From positions 186,001 to 250,000 of the forward strand of contig NW_015167593.1 of assembly GCF_001447785.1 (NCBI RefSeq): a stretch of DNA of 64,000 bases, written 5' to 3'. The notes under the pieces are model-generated. The model ran no database searches, had not been told where the DNA came from, and saw only the letters and a program-made list of their open reading frames with translations. The position numbers were made by a program, and so were the translations under genes. Source of the stretch: Gekko japonicus (Eukaryota). Position 1 is the stretch's first letter. Every line of letters starts with the position of its first letter. Positions 23,161 to 37,043 of the stretch are shown one piece after another.

Positions 23161-26100
23161 GCCATAGTCTATTTTCTCATCTGCTGCTTCCCTAAAACAC
23201 ATCAATGCCCACCATTTCCCCTAAATTTCCCGGGTTGGGTTTAAAGCAACAATATGAAGTAGTCTTATATGGATCAGACCAATGGTCCATCAAGGTCAGT
23301 ATTGTCTACTCAGACTGGCAGCAGCTCTCCAGGGTCTCTGGCAGAGGTCTATCACATCACTTATGACCTGATCCTTTTAACTGGAGATGCCGGGGACTGA
23401 ACCTGGGGCCTTCTGCATGCCAAGCAGATGCTCTACCACTGAGTCACACCTCCCTCTGATAATATGGTTAACAATCTTTATTTATACATTTACCAGATAC
23501 AATCTTAAGAGGTCAAGATTATGCAGTAGATACTGAACAGGTAGGCTTTCTGTTCCGTGTAACTTCAGCATTTTGGCAAAACCAGTACTGTTCTACAACT
23601 GAAGTACTAAAACATTACCCAGAAATGTTTGCTTTTCTTCCCAACTACAGTGGTATGCCATAAAGCATTACATAAATCTCTTGTAATCTGAATGCAGCAG
23701 AAAGGCTGTGAAGTGATAAGCCAAGTTTCACAGTACATAAAGTTATCTATGCATTTCTTTAATAGCCAGCAAGGAAAAGATCCTAAACCCTACTGCCAGA
23801 CTATGCACCATGACACCCTATTAACCCCCAGCAGGCCACTTGGAGCTTCATAAACATTCCAAATTTGCTTCTTGTCCAGGATTGCAAGAACGGGAAGTTC
23901 CCTAAACACCTGAAAAGCTTTCAAGCAAAGCTGGTTCAGCTGCATCGGGTGAGACACAAGGTGTGCACATTTGCTTTAAAGATTCCTTTAAGCTTGGTTA
24001 CATTTAGCCCTCCTATGTCAAGAGAAGAATTCGCACCATTTATTTAACAAGCTGTTTACCAGCCTTCGTTTATATGAGCACATCTTCAAACAATCCCAGA
24101 TCAGACATCCTCTCATCACGTAGAAGCTTCTAATGCCTCAAGGGACTTTGTTTACCTTTAAACATACCTTAGTAGGCAAAAAGAAATTTATCCATTAGAG
24201 GTTGCAAGCTGGATGAATTCTCTAACCTCCCACTTGGGCTGTTCAAGTTCTTTGTCTCAGCTTGGCTACATGAACTTCTTCCATTTCTAGTCTTATTACC
24301 GGGGTGGGGTGGGGGGTAGATTAAAAAAACCTTAATATCAGCAGATTTAGCACTGGGAGGCACATGTTGATGTGCAATTCAATCTATAGTGGAAATGATC
24401 ACTTCTCCCTTAACAGACACAGAAGCAAAAGCGGCTGTCTGCAGCTTAGTCAGCAATTATGTTCCCTGTTGAGGAGTTTTTCTTAGTAAGGCATTTTGAT
24501 TTCCTATGGCTATTAATACTGTTCCCATTAAGGCCGATGCAACATCCAACTCAAAACTCGGTAGGATGGAAGGACCACCACTTTCTTCAGATGTGCTGGA
24601 TGAAAGATGATCACCTGTGATATATCAGGTGCATGAAAAACTTTCCCCATCACCTTGGGAAGGGGAAAGCTGTCTTTCCCCATCACCCTGTTTCCAAGGT
24701 AGCAATCCAAAGCAAACTTGGGATGTTCTATTGAGACCGCTGGGACTTCTCAAAGTAAAGCTATATAAATGCACGAAGATACGGATGCTCGCCTAAACTC
24801 CGTGGCCCAAGTAAGTTTACATAAATGGCTGTCATTAAAGCGCTTGCCATGAAGCAGCGACACCAATGGACACACAGCTCCATTTGTCAAAGGTCTGAAA
24901 ACCACCAGAATTCCAAAAGAGTGGTAATCCTCTGAACCTCTTACAGATGGGAGACAAAGGATCTGTGTAAAGAACCCACCAGGCAGTTTCAGGGGCTTTA
25001 GAAACAAATGTTAGGAACCAGCTCTTTGGGTTGTTCTTTGCTTACAGACACCGACCTGGCATGGACCGCTGCCACCTCTGGGCAGTAGGCAGAGCCTGAT
25101 TTGATTAGCAGACCCAGCCTACTGGATGCCCTTCCTCAGTTAAAAGCTGCACTCCTATTTCTTACTGCTGCTTAGAGACACTTGGAACTAAATGCAGAGC
25201 AGCCACTCAAGTGCCCAGCGCAGCTTGAAAACAGCTCCATTTAAGTTTGGAATATATACTCTGGCCACCGTGAAGCTGTGGAGACTGCTCAGCTCACGTT
25301 AAGTGCTGGATCTTGCTTTCCATTTCAAAAACCTGCCTCTTCACTACCCACCCAACCCGCTGCTGCCTACACTGTTCCCAGAGAATCAGTCCTACAAGGG
25401 AAAGTGCACTCGTCTGAACGGCTTTCTAAACATTTTGTAAGTATGGCACTATTTATCCTACTGAAGTGCATCTGCCAGTGGCATGTGGCTGCTGCAGCAC
25501 AAATGCTAAGCAGATGCTATTTGGACCAAGCCATGGGAAAGAATACAGTGATGTAGTCACACCACTATCCCAGACTTGTTAGAGCTTATTTCCGAACAAA
25601 AGCCCTGGACGGGCAAAACTCAGTAAACAATTCAAGATGCCAGGTTTTATACGGACCCAACACTTGAACACCAATGTGAAATAAATGGGCATGAACGCAC
25701 CACACCTGAAGAGCTTAGTGCTGAGAAACAGGTCAGTCAAGTAGGACATGCTCCCAACTCTGTCATTTGTATGCACCGTCTTCCATCTAAGTCTGAAGAA
25801 AATGCTTTGCGGTTCAGTGTCATTGTCTAATTTGCACAAAACATGCGTCTCAGTTATGATGGTTTCAGGGGAAGGAATGAAGTCCTCCCCCCCCCCCCCG
25901 GATATATGGAGCACATTCTTTAACAATTAATACAGATTTAAAGCCTTTAAACAATGGCAAAAAGTAGCACCACACACCTGTGACGGCTTTAAGAGCTGGA
26001 AAAGGTTTGTCCAGCCACTTGTTCCCAAGCCAGGTATTCAGACAGCGTAGGAAACTCTCTAATTAGAGACTGAACATCCAACAATTTAAACTGTTAGGAA

Positions 26101-26540
26101 AATGTCATGGTTTTATTGTATAATGTAGCACTGAAACATCTGAACAAAAAAAAAAAACCACCCCAGTATCTGAGCTGCATTCAGGCTGATGTTCTTTTCT
26201 CTCCTTTTTTTGTTTCTTTGGGTTATTTAGAGAAACTTGTCAGTACAGAAACAAAACCCTTTTTTTGCATTATGGATGCTTCCCGAGGCATGCTGGTAAG
26301 ACACACATTTCCCTTGTCAAATGCAGCTAAGTCTAAACTTCCAAACATCATGCACAAGGAACTCTTCTAGTGACACAACATAAAACTCTTCAGGAGGGCA
26401 CGCTGGCAGAGATCTCGCTCGCTCGTCCACTCGCTGTGGTGTTGCGGGTTTGTGTATGATATTTGGAATGTTCCGTTAAGTGTGATTAATATCTGTAAGG
26501 AGGAGAAAAGAATAATGACAGGTGCCTCGGGGATGCCGTC

Positions 26541-26654
26541 TCAACCAAAGTTGTGCAACGCTAGCCTGAACATGTCATTGGTGCAAACCCAAGCATCATT
26601 GAAGTTCTTTAATAGAAATATCTGGTGGAATCCCATAATAGGATCTTCATCGGC
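26541..26654 (-). CDS. NUTF2: NUTF2 last coding exon incl. stop
   Basis: [37 protein letters not shown]; TCACAG| acceptor. Confidence 0.97.
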   Translation of the reverse strand, partial: ADEDPIMGFHQIFLLKNFNDAWVCTNDMFRLALHNFG

Positions 26655-29600
26655 CTGTGAAGAGAAAGAAAGAAGTTTTAGAACCTCTCTGCCGCAATAG
26701 ATAAATTCTAGGAAGGAAATGCCTTCTAACATTGCCATGCATTCTTCACCCTTCATCAACAACAGCTGAGGTTCTGGCATGCCACTTACAATCCTGATGC
26801 AGAACTACAGGGAAGACTCGGTAGCACCACAACAGTGATACACACAGCCATGTGCAGCTCTTCTGAGCTCTGTTCCACATGGCACTTGCCCCATGTTCCA
26901 GAAGAGTGGGCAGTTTCTTTAGAAACTGGAATAATTTCATCATTACTATGCGCCCAAGATACCGCTGTCTTATTTTTAAAACACAACTTATCTATGATGA
27001 TTACAAGAAGGTTGTGCAGATGTGGGGGTTTGGTGTCTGAGGCTAGGATGGGGCATACCAGTGTTGAATACTAGCCAATTAAAAACACTCCCCAGTAGTG
27101 GGGAAAGATGTCTGCAGATGCTCAGAGGTACTCCAATAATTAAAAGGCTTACATCATATATTCCCATGCATTTGGGGTGATGCACAGGACATACAGTAGT
27201 TAACACAGCTCTTTCTGTTGATGGAGATGGTAAATGTGGCTTTCCATGATCCACAGAGTGGATCTGCACTGTGAACTAGGTGGTGATCCACGATCCCTAT
27301 CAGTATTCAATGCATTCACAGCAGTGAATAGCTCTGTTTATGGAAGACTACGAATTACAATGTTTGGAGATCCAGGGCAGCATTTTAAGAGCCATCAGAA
27401 GAAGCAGTATTGGGCTTGGCCAGGAGTAGTTAGTGCCAAACAGAATTAAGTTTAGCTGTCACTTGCAGAAGCTGGAAGGCTTCTTCGAACACTGATGAAT
27501 TAAAGGATGAGAATCATCTGTTCCCACAAGTCACATCTGTGGCCCTGTTGAAACAAATCTGCTCACACACTAGGAGCACAAGGCACAGAACACACAAGAG
27601 GCATGGAGAACTGCTGTATATCCAAGTATTTGAAATTGGGGGGTGGGGGGGGAATGGCATCTCTCTACCAGAACTGCCAACATCTTTCTCTGGGATAAGG
27701 CAGGCCATCAAGAACAGGACCAACATCTTTCCCAACTAGATTCTAACAAAATCTGCTACAGCAAGTCTGGAAGATGACACTTTTTATTTAAGACCCACCG
27801 AGGCAAAAAAAAACCACCACGACTTTTAAGCTGCCTCTGAATTACCACCATCTTTATTGCAGAGGAGACGGAAATGCATGTAGTACCCTACAGTTCAACT
27901 TCCACAGTTTTTTCTCGTGCAAACATAAAGCCTTAGTTGATAAACGAATGCGGCAGGCCTGGTGTTCAGAGACTTTGTGTCTATGAAAAGGACAGGAAGC
28001 AAGCTGCAGTCAGATCTTCAGAAGGCTTCTGGAATACCTTTGCAGTCAAATATAATTATACCTTGAACTGGACAGAGTCTCTGCACTGGTTCTAATGAGC
28101 CTGCATCTCTCAAGGCAAATATAAAACCAGACATCACTTCAAAAATACAAACCTGTTGCATGCATTTCCACACCCCTTACACACGTATTCATTTATGTCA
28201 CTTATATCCATCCCACCTTTTCTCCCCAGTGGGGACCCAAAGTAGCTTACACTGTTCTCCTCTCTTCCCCCTCCACTTAATCCTTAACAAAAATCCTGTG
28301 AGGTAGATCATGTGGAGAGGATGTGACTGGCCCAAGGTCATCCATGGCAGAGTGTGGAGTTGAATCTGGGGCTCCCAGATCCTAGTCAGAGACTCTAACC
28401 ACCACACCAAGCTGGCACATAAATGCACGGATATTGTATGGGAGCCCTCTCTGTTCAGAGGATGGAACGAATCAGAGTGCTGCAAGAAGCACTGACCTGC
28501 AGAAGAAGCAATACAAAAGTGGTTCCTAAAAAGCAAAGCCCTTACACACAAGCAAGGATTTCATACAACCGCACAACTTCAGTTCCTCTCCCAGATTATT
28601 AGCAACCACATCAAGGTGCAGGTAGCCACTGCTTCATGCTGCATATTCCAAGAGGTCTTTTTATGCAAACTCACTGGCTTAGTCTCCTCGTTCTCAAAGC
28701 CACCTGACACCAAGGCCCAGGTTGGCGTAAATGCATTTGCCTACATTCACACCTTGTTTGCCTGCCACATCCTTCTGTTGCCTCCCTAGCAGTACTGAAA
28801 CTCAAAAAGGTAAGCCTCTTGGAGCAGGGAGGTGTCTTTCCGCTTGAGCTCCTCTGCACAACACCATGCACATGCAACCCATGGTTTGTATCTAACCTGC
28901 CCCTGGCTCAGGTACGTCTCCCTGAACTACAAGAACAATTGCAGACACACCCACGGAAAACAGGCTTAAGATCAGACAGTTTCAAACACAAAAGACACAA
29001 GTGCTCACTGTGCACAGAACTTCTCAGATTTCTAAGCAACTGCTAAGTCTAGGATAAGTTAAGCAAGCAACGGAATGCTCCAGCATGAAGAGACAAATAG
29101 ATATGCAGCTCTGCTGAATTAAATCCATAGCCGCTGCTTCCAAGGAGAAGGGGGCATCTGCTTGGTTCAGAAGCCGCAATCCTTCTTCAGTAACACACAA
29201 GCCACGGCCATGCTGTTCAGACTGAAGGACCAACCGCGGTAAGCAGCAGCAAGCGGAGTGCTTCTTACTCATTGAGGACTGCGAAGATCAGAGGTAGGAG
29301 GAAGCTGGAGGCTAAACATTGTGGAGTGCTAGCCTGAAGACTTCATTGGTGCACACCCAGGCACATTGTAAGTTTTTCAACAAAAAGGTCTGATGGAAGC
29401 CTAAAATTTGGTCATCATCTGCCTGAGCAGAACAGGAGAGAAACCATTACTAGACAGATACGATCTGAAGTTGCAGAACGCCACTGCTCTTGCTGGATTC
29501 TGTTATGAGAAGGCTGCACTGTGCATATGCAAAGCCTGGATGCTCCCCTGGCAACATGCAGAGACACCTCTTAGGAGCCTAATCTTAGAGAAGCACTATA

Positions 29601-30799
29601 GGGAGAAAGCAGGGATAAGATAAAATGTAATTCTACAGCATTTTGTTCATTACTGCTCCTATCTTTTATTGCCAAGCTGCAAGACCTTTTTTGACTGCAT
29701 TCATCGTTTTACTGTAATTTTTATAATGGGTGGATCTCATGCTATTTTGGCATTCATGATAATAAGCCTTCCAACAGTTTACAGATAAGCCGCCTGTGAC
29801 CAGGCCACCCTCAAATTTTGATTGGTGTGTCTCTGAAGTTTTGAATGTCCACCTTACACTGAGTCAGATCTTAAGTCCATCTAGCTCAGTATTGTCTACT
29901 CTGGGGGAAGCACCTCTCCAAAGGCTCAGATAAGGACTCTGCCAAACCTTTGAGCTGTGATCCTTTTAAATATACATAACACTGATTAAATCTGGGGACA
30001 GTCTGTGTGCAAAAAGAAGAGACTGGATTTATACCCCGCTCTTTACTACCTGAAGGAGCCTCAGAGTAGCTTACGATCTCCTTTCCCTTCCCCTCCCCCA
30101 CAACAGACACCCTGTGAGGTATGTGGAGCTGAGAGAGCTCTTTTTAGAACTGCACTGGAGAGAACAGCTCTGAAAGAAATTATGACAGACTGACCCAAGG
30201 TCACACCAGCAGGTGCATGTGGAGGAGTGGGGAATCAAACCCGGCTCTCCCAGATTAGAGTCCACACACTTAACCACTACACCAAACAGGAATTGCCACC
30301 ACTGAGCTGTAAGTATTTTTCCCTGTCACTTGCTTGAATATGAAAAATGAAGTTCTAAGAAGTTAGCATAATGCTTACAAAGGAAAGACGGATGTTTATC
30401 CGTGAAGGCAGCTTAGATGTCTTGATCTGCCAAACAAGACCCACCTGGCACTGCAACAGATACATTCTGAACAAAACCACCAGTGGTATTGCACCAGCAG
30501 CCGCTGAGACAGGGCAACGTGCAGAAGGGACGGGAAGCTCTTGACTCCAGAGAAGCTTGAAGCAGCAGAGTCTCTCATCCCATGTTTCTCAGTCTTGCCT
30601 ACGACCACTTGCAGAGGTATGCATATCTGATGTGCATTCTATTCCCTCCTTCTTTTACGTACCACATTTGAATGGCACTACTAGACACAGCTGAGACCAT
30701 CAGAAGGATGAGAGGCGGCGGCAGCACCAAGTCAGGCCCTCCCTAGGCTGTGCCTGAACCCAGACCTAGCATCTGAGGACACTGGGGAGGGGGTGCCAC

Positions 30800-31001
30800 C
30801 TGTGTTCCCTCTGAGTCAGGGTGAGCTAGCTCACAGTTTTTTAGCCTCTGGCTCACACATTTTTTATCTTAGCTCAGGAAGGATGGCTTCAGGGCAAACT
30901 AATTTATGCAGTAGCCAAATCGCTCGGCCACAACTTTAACGCCAGTAGCTCACAAAGTAGAATTTTGCTCACAAGACTCCACAGCTTAGAGGGAGCATTT
31001 G
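30800..31001. mobile_element. hAT-type MITE, same family
   Basis: TIRs; 8-bp TSD GGTGCCAC. Confidence 0.8.
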
Positions 31002-31997
31002 GGTGCCACCCAGGCCACCCTTCGGTCCACGGCCAGATGAAGACTCAAGATCTCGCACCTTAAGCAACTGCCCAGGTTTGTCTAGTGGTCAGGCTGGCCC
31101 TGCTTTACGGTCCTACTAGTTCCCTCTGTCCCTGCTGGCCTGGGAACCCACAATCCTCTTCAGTAGCTGGCACTTGCTTCCCCAAGCAACCCACTCAGTG
31201 GACGCAAATGCTGTGGCAGCTCTAAATGTGGAAAGGGACACCGGAGAAGCTTCTTCAATTCATTTCCCATGCCCCTTCTGCTCCTTGCCGGGGAAAAGAG
31301 CAGTCTTCGCAACTCTTGCAGCAATGCTGCATTCCTAGCACTAACCTCGTGAAGCTGCATCATGTGAGGGGGTCCAGAAGGTGAAAATGGCCACATCTAC
31401 AACCAAGTGCCATGACAGTATGCGGTAGAAATGACATGCCTTTTCCCCAAAGTACCTGCAGCCTTTGTTCCGACTGGAGCGCTGACAGACAGTTTGCCTT
31501 CAGCTGCCAAAGCAGGGGGCCAAGACTTCTGAGAAGAGCCTCGCAGCCCTGCCTGATCATGGCAGAAACTGCCGACAGGAAATGACAAAATAGCAAGTCA
31601 CTCTGAGCCTGGCCTTGCACAGAGGTTCCCGTTCAGCTCCTCCTTGGCAAGGAGGGCCACAGCTGTAGATCGAAGCCTCAACGACGCCCTCGGTTCACCC
31701 CGCTGAGGCATGAGAATCTTTCCATTCATTCTCTCAAGACGTACTATAACCTCTGAGCAATCCTTCCAAATGCCTCTTTTTCAAAGGCGGCCCCTTGCAA
31801 AAGCCGACTGGGGCAAGAACCTCTCTGATCAGGAAAAGCGAATCTTCCTCTCAACCAGGCATTGGCTCTTCCCTCACCCGTCAACCCGCACGACCCAATA
31901 GCAGACGTCCCTCAGAGTGCCGAAACAACCTGCCCCAACATACAAGTGGTGCTCCAAACAGCAACTCACAGGATTCAGAGGTTGAGGAAACATTTAC

Positions 31998-32096
31998 CTT
32001 AAGCTGTCCAACTACCATACTGAGTATACAGCTGTCGGGTGTGGGCTGATGGTCTTGTGCTGTGATGCTGTGCTGTATTTTCTGAAAAGGAAGGCT
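31998..32096 (-). CDS. NUTF2: NUTF2 coding exon (99 nt)
   Basis: [33 protein letters not shown]; GACAG| and |GTAAA. Confidence 0.96.
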
Positions 32097-33279
32097 CTGT
32101 CATGGAGGAAGAGGGGAGAGAGAGACTGAGTAATTGGGAAGCAAAATTCCTCAGCATTTATTTACAGCAAGGAAGTTAGTGGTCAAGTGTGACACACACC
32201 TCTTTGGAAAAACTGCAAGTTCACTTTTTCTACCTTGATCTGGTTATTGCTGGGGAGGGGTTTTCCACTTTCTAAAAACAGCAGCAACAAAAATGTTTAC
32301 CCGCTCTAGGCAAGAAGTAGTGATAGTCAACTACGGGAATGTAAACACAGGTCAAACACTGGGATGCCTTATACTGTTTAACAGCCCAGTAATGCACGTC
32401 ATGAATCGCTATGGTGCAGACAAGACATTAAGTGACTAAGTGTATTTATACCAGATGCTTCACTGATGAACTGTGTGCTGAGTTTCACCATGTACCACTC
32501 TTAGAGCCACTGGAATCAAATGGCCTTAGGAGCTGTAACACTGCTCGATTGTGGCTTAAATATTTAGCTATTAAAGAACAGCCAAGCTTGTGTCTCAAGA
32601 GACAGCAGCAGCAGACTTTGGAAAGCATGTTGTGATGAACCCTGGAAATTTAAGTCCCTCCAGTCCATCTGCCCTGACCCAGATTGACCAGGCTAACCCA
32701 ATCTTGTCAGATCCTGGAAGCTAAGCAGTGTCAGCCCTGGTTAGTACTTGGGTGGGAGACAATCAATGAAGTCCAGGGCTGCTTCACAGAGTCAGGCAGT
32801 GGCAAATCACCTCTGTTTGTCACTTGCATTGAAAACCTCATGGGGTCACCATAAACCAGCTGCGAATAGACCACACTTTCCACCATCCCCAAAATGTATC
32901 CACTCAACCACTTTAAACCAGCTTGTGTAAAGCATTCTGATAGTGATTCATGGTTTCCCCCCAAACTGAATTCAGCATTGCAAGACACCATGCTGGTACA
33001 CTACCCTTCTCAGCCAAAATATGGATGCAAACAGGGTGTAAGTCCCGTTGATTTAAATAGGACTTTCCTCTTAGTAAATACGCTTCGGATCACTGGACGT
33101 CATTTCAGCTACGCAGATTAGAAGCCCCGCCAATGCAGCGTGCCTTGTAATGGATTTGCCCCAATCACCTTCCCAGAAATACCAAAAGTAAAACTAGAAA
33201 CTATCTTGCGTGGAATCATGTCGTTTCGGGGGCGAACAGAAACAGAGTGTATGAAGCTATTAATATTGGAGAGACTTAC

Positions 33280-33351
33280 TGAGAGTTTTTCAACAATAGC
33301 TGCTTTGCCCTGAAATTGCTGTCCTTCCCACGTAAGGCATGAGGCGTCTAT
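33280..33351 (-). CDS. NUTF2: NUTF2 coding exon (72 nt)
   Basis: [24 protein letters not shown]; TTACAG| and |GTAAG. Confidence 0.96.
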
Positions 33352-33497
33352 CTGTAATAAAGAAAGAGATATGTGGTCACGGTCTGCTTGGGAAAGGAAG
33401 GGGACCTTTACACAAAATGGCAAATGATCAGGCTACAGTCCTCCACGTACTGGCAAATCAGCTGAGAAGCAAGCGCAAACCATGTTGGGAGGGCATA

Positions 33498-33845
33498 AAG
33501 GTAAAGGTTCCCTTGCTCGAAAGCCAGTCGGATCCGACTCTAGGGTTGCGGTGCTCATCTCCGTTGCAAAGCCGAAGAGCCAGCACTGTCCGAAGATGTT
33601 TCCGTGGTCATGTGGCCGGCATGACTAAACACCAAGGCGCATGGAAGGCTGTTACCTTCCCACTGAAGTGGTACCTATTTATCTACTTGCAATTTCTTGC
33701 TTTCGAACTGCTAGGTTGGCAGGAGCTGGGACCAGAGACGGGAGCTCACTCCGTCATGCGGCACACTCGGGTCTCAAACTGCTGAACTACCGACCTTCCA
33801 CAGCCTGCAGTTCAGCGTCTTAACCACTTGAGCCACCACAGCTCC
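33498..33845 (-). mobile_element. Sauria SINE, full length
   Basis: tRNA-like head, (ACCTTT)n tail, 14-bp TSD GTTGGGAGGGCATA. Confidence 0.88.
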
Positions 33846-34732
33846 GTTGGGAGGGCATAGAAAAGTGTTAAATGGCTCGTGAATGGAATTCCTCCTACCC
33901 AAGACAACTACGCAGCCGGAGTCCTGCAAGGGTCACACTTCCCTCTCCCTTCATCGCAGGCTGCCTGCCTCACACTCTGCCTCAGCCAAAGCAATAAAAT
34001 GATGTCACGGAATATTTCCTCCCGGGGGTTTTCTCGAACCTGAGCACTTATGCAGCAAAAGGCAGCTCTTGGGCTAAATCTAGCTCTCTTAAGGGTGTTG
34101 CCCCACCCCCACCCCCTGTGCCATTTCTCAACCGAGCAACAAAGATGGTGGAGAAAATGGTATCTGCGAGAACAGATATTGCTGGCTGCCTTGTAAAACA
34201 TGGTATATACCTTGCCGACATTAAAGACGAGCTACATTATACAGCAAATTTCAGGGTTAAACTTACTGGGGATGAAGATACCAAAATAAAGAATTAATTG
34301 ATTTACCAGATGATCAGTCAACCACCAACCTGATTACAGCCACTCCACTGGTTTCCCTAAAGCATTCACCACAAAGGTCCCCCCCCTTTTAAAAGCAGCT
34401 GTTGAGCAGCTCCTTTCTCACAAATTTTTACAACACAGATGCCAATTGTCATTCAACACCAACAGGAAAAAAGCATGCCAGTTGTTCTAAGCAGCTGCAA
34501 TCTTTCTCTTAGCCTTGCTTTTCCAGATTTTTATTTTTATTTACAATCTCCACACCAGCTGGTACTTAAAAGAATTCAGTGATGAAGCATCAGATACTCT
34601 GCTGTGAGCGGAATGCCGCAAGTAGTATCAGGAAGTCTTCTGTCCTCATGTGTGTCGCCCAATGAGCGTAGTGATTTCCCACACATTTTGAGAGCAATCA
34701 AATTATTTTGAAAACAGAGTGTTCTCAAATAT

Positions 34733-35392
34733 TATGGAATACTGTGTGCAATGCTGATCACCACACCTCAGAAAGGATATTATAGCATTGGAAAAAGTGC
34801 AGAAAAGGGCGACTAGAATGATAAAAGGGTTGGAACACCTTCCCTATGAAGAAAGGTTAAAGCGCTTGGGGCTCTTTAGCTTGGAGAAACGACAACTGAG
34901 GGGAGACATGATAGAGGTTTACAAGGTTATGCATGGGACAGAACAGGTAGAGAAAGAGGTACTTTCCCCCCTTTCTCACAATACAAGAACTCGTGGGCAC
35001 TCAATGAAATTGCTGAGGGGTCGGGTTAGAACGGATAAAAGGAAGTATTTCTTCACCCAAAGAGTAATTAACATATGGAATTCTCTGCCACAGGAGGTGG
35101 CGGCGGCTACAAGCATGGACGGCTTCAAGAGGGAATTGGATAAACATATGGAGCAGAGGTCCATCAGTGACTATTAGCCACAAGGTATAGATAGAAACTC
35201 TCGGTCTGGAGCAAGTGATGCACTGTATTCTTGGTGCCTGGGGGTGGGGGTAACAGTGGGAGGGCTTCTAGTGTCCTAGCCCCACTGCTGGACCTCCTGA
35301 TAGCACCTGGTATTTTTAGCCACTGTGTGACAGAGTGTTGGACTGGATGAGCCACTGGCCTGATCCAACATTGCCTTCTCGTATGTTCTTAT
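34733..35392 (+). mobile_element. CR1 LINE 3' fragment (same family as 17024-18820; another fragment ~11417-11557)
   Basis: LEKVQKRATRMIKGLEHLPYEERLKRLGLFSLEKR..; shared 3' UTR. Confidence 0.9.
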
Positions 35393-36944
35393 GTGTCTTT
35401 TTAAAATTCGCTCCAGGAAATTGCTGTCAGGTTAAGTCAGAATTTCCTGCACTGCTCCCTAACTCTCTGCATTTTGGGTTGCTCAGAGCTCTGCAAAGAC
35501 AATTCCCTTTATTCAACCCACAGCTACACAGCTCAGTTGGTAACACCTCCTAGGGGCAAAACATTAATGCTTTAGGCCATTGGTTCTAAACTTCTTGAAG
35601 TGGGACTCCCTTGCAAAACTTACTCCACCTTTTCAGGATCCACAACTGAAGCTGGATCTCAGCTAAGACTAGCGTGGGTTCTCGAGGTAACAGACACAGA
35701 TTATGTCAGTCCTTTCCCATGCCCGTGGCAGCTGGGAGGGAGCTAGCTGAGTTTCTGCAGACTGGTTAGTGCCTGCATGGGAGTCCACCAAGGAAGTCCA
35801 AGGCTGTTATGCAGAGGACAGTAATGGCAGATGACAAGGCAGGGGCTTGACTTAGACTGACCCATGGCACTGTGGGTCAGGAGACAATGGCTGCAGTTCA
35901 TGCCTCCTGTGCCACAGATGGCACCATCTGAGCCCTTGGGAAATGAGTGGTACCCGCAGGGGAAAGGGGGGCAGGAGAAGACAATGGGGGCAGCTCTGCC
36001 CCCCTCCTCTTCTTCTTCCACCCCATGGAACTTGGGGGCCCAAAGCCTCATGGTGCAGTTCTGAGCCACAACCACAGGTGCAGAACCATGCCTTAAGGCC
36101 AAACAGCTAAACCACTTCTCTAGGGGAAAATCTGCAGAAGCCAGAGGCGTGAGTTCTAAAAACCTATGCCTTTGTCTCCTACCCACTACATTCACTGTAC
36201 TGCAATCACCACATGTAAGGACTGCAAACCCTTCTGCCTTCTAATGCACACAGGCAGTTTCTGGGCACACTCTGTTCCCTCAAGCTTCTTGATTCGGAAG
36301 ACGCTCAAGTGCTGCTTTTAACTAAAGATGTTCAACAGACAGAAGGGCATTCTGACCCTCCCCGTGCTTGCTGACAGGTAAAGCAATGCTACTTGCCCAG
36401 TCTCAAACAGGTAAGAGAAAGCCCTTCCAAAGGGGGGGGGGGGAGAAGCAACATTTGGTAAAATTTAAAATCTTCGACGTTAGCTCTTCACTTTAGCTGA
36501 AGTACTGCAGAGACTTCACTCCCTTGTTTCACAATCCACGGGCCACAAGAGGACAGAAGTCCATTCTGTCACGTTCCCCTAGGCAGCAGAGCCTAACCAT
36601 AACCAGTTCCACAAAGACTCATGTAGAAAACAGGAGCTCAGCCATCCCTTTGGCCAGTGCTGTGTCTGGACAAGAAAAGCTTATGCAGAAGCCCTGCACA
36701 TGTTAGGGGGCACACCCAGTCATGCTTGTACTTCCACTGTTGCAGGTAGCAGGTTGATCAATGGGACAGAGATCATTCTGGACTCCTTCCAAAACAAAAC
36801 ATTGTTGGGGTGCTTACTGACCTGTTTACTTTCATTCTTTCCCAATGAAACAGATGCATTTGTAAAAAAAAAAGCAAAACAAAAAACCCTCAGTGAGCAA
36901 CCATTCAAAAGAGCCAAAGGAATCCCATCCCAGGAACTACTTAC

Positions 36945-37043
36945 ATATATTGCTCCTAACTGAGTCCTGTCTGTATCGAATAACTGGTAGTAATGCTGTA
37001 CAAAGCTAGAACCGATCTGCTCCCAAATGGGCTTGTCTCCCAT
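36945..37043 (-). CDS. NUTF2: NUTF2 first coding exon (nuclear transport factor 2; exon starts ~37069)
   Basis: [33 protein letters not shown]; four exons sum to 127 aa, the known NTF2 length. Confidence 0.97.

Noticed and set aside
22445-23195. ORFs of up to 223 aa suggesting a hidden gene
   Set aside because: GC-rich repeat-derived sequence with a relative at 56742-57092; no coherent protein motif.
32674-32870. Possible 5S rRNA gene
   Set aside because: Only part resembles 5S, it is diverged, and it continues into a SINE body shared by several copies.
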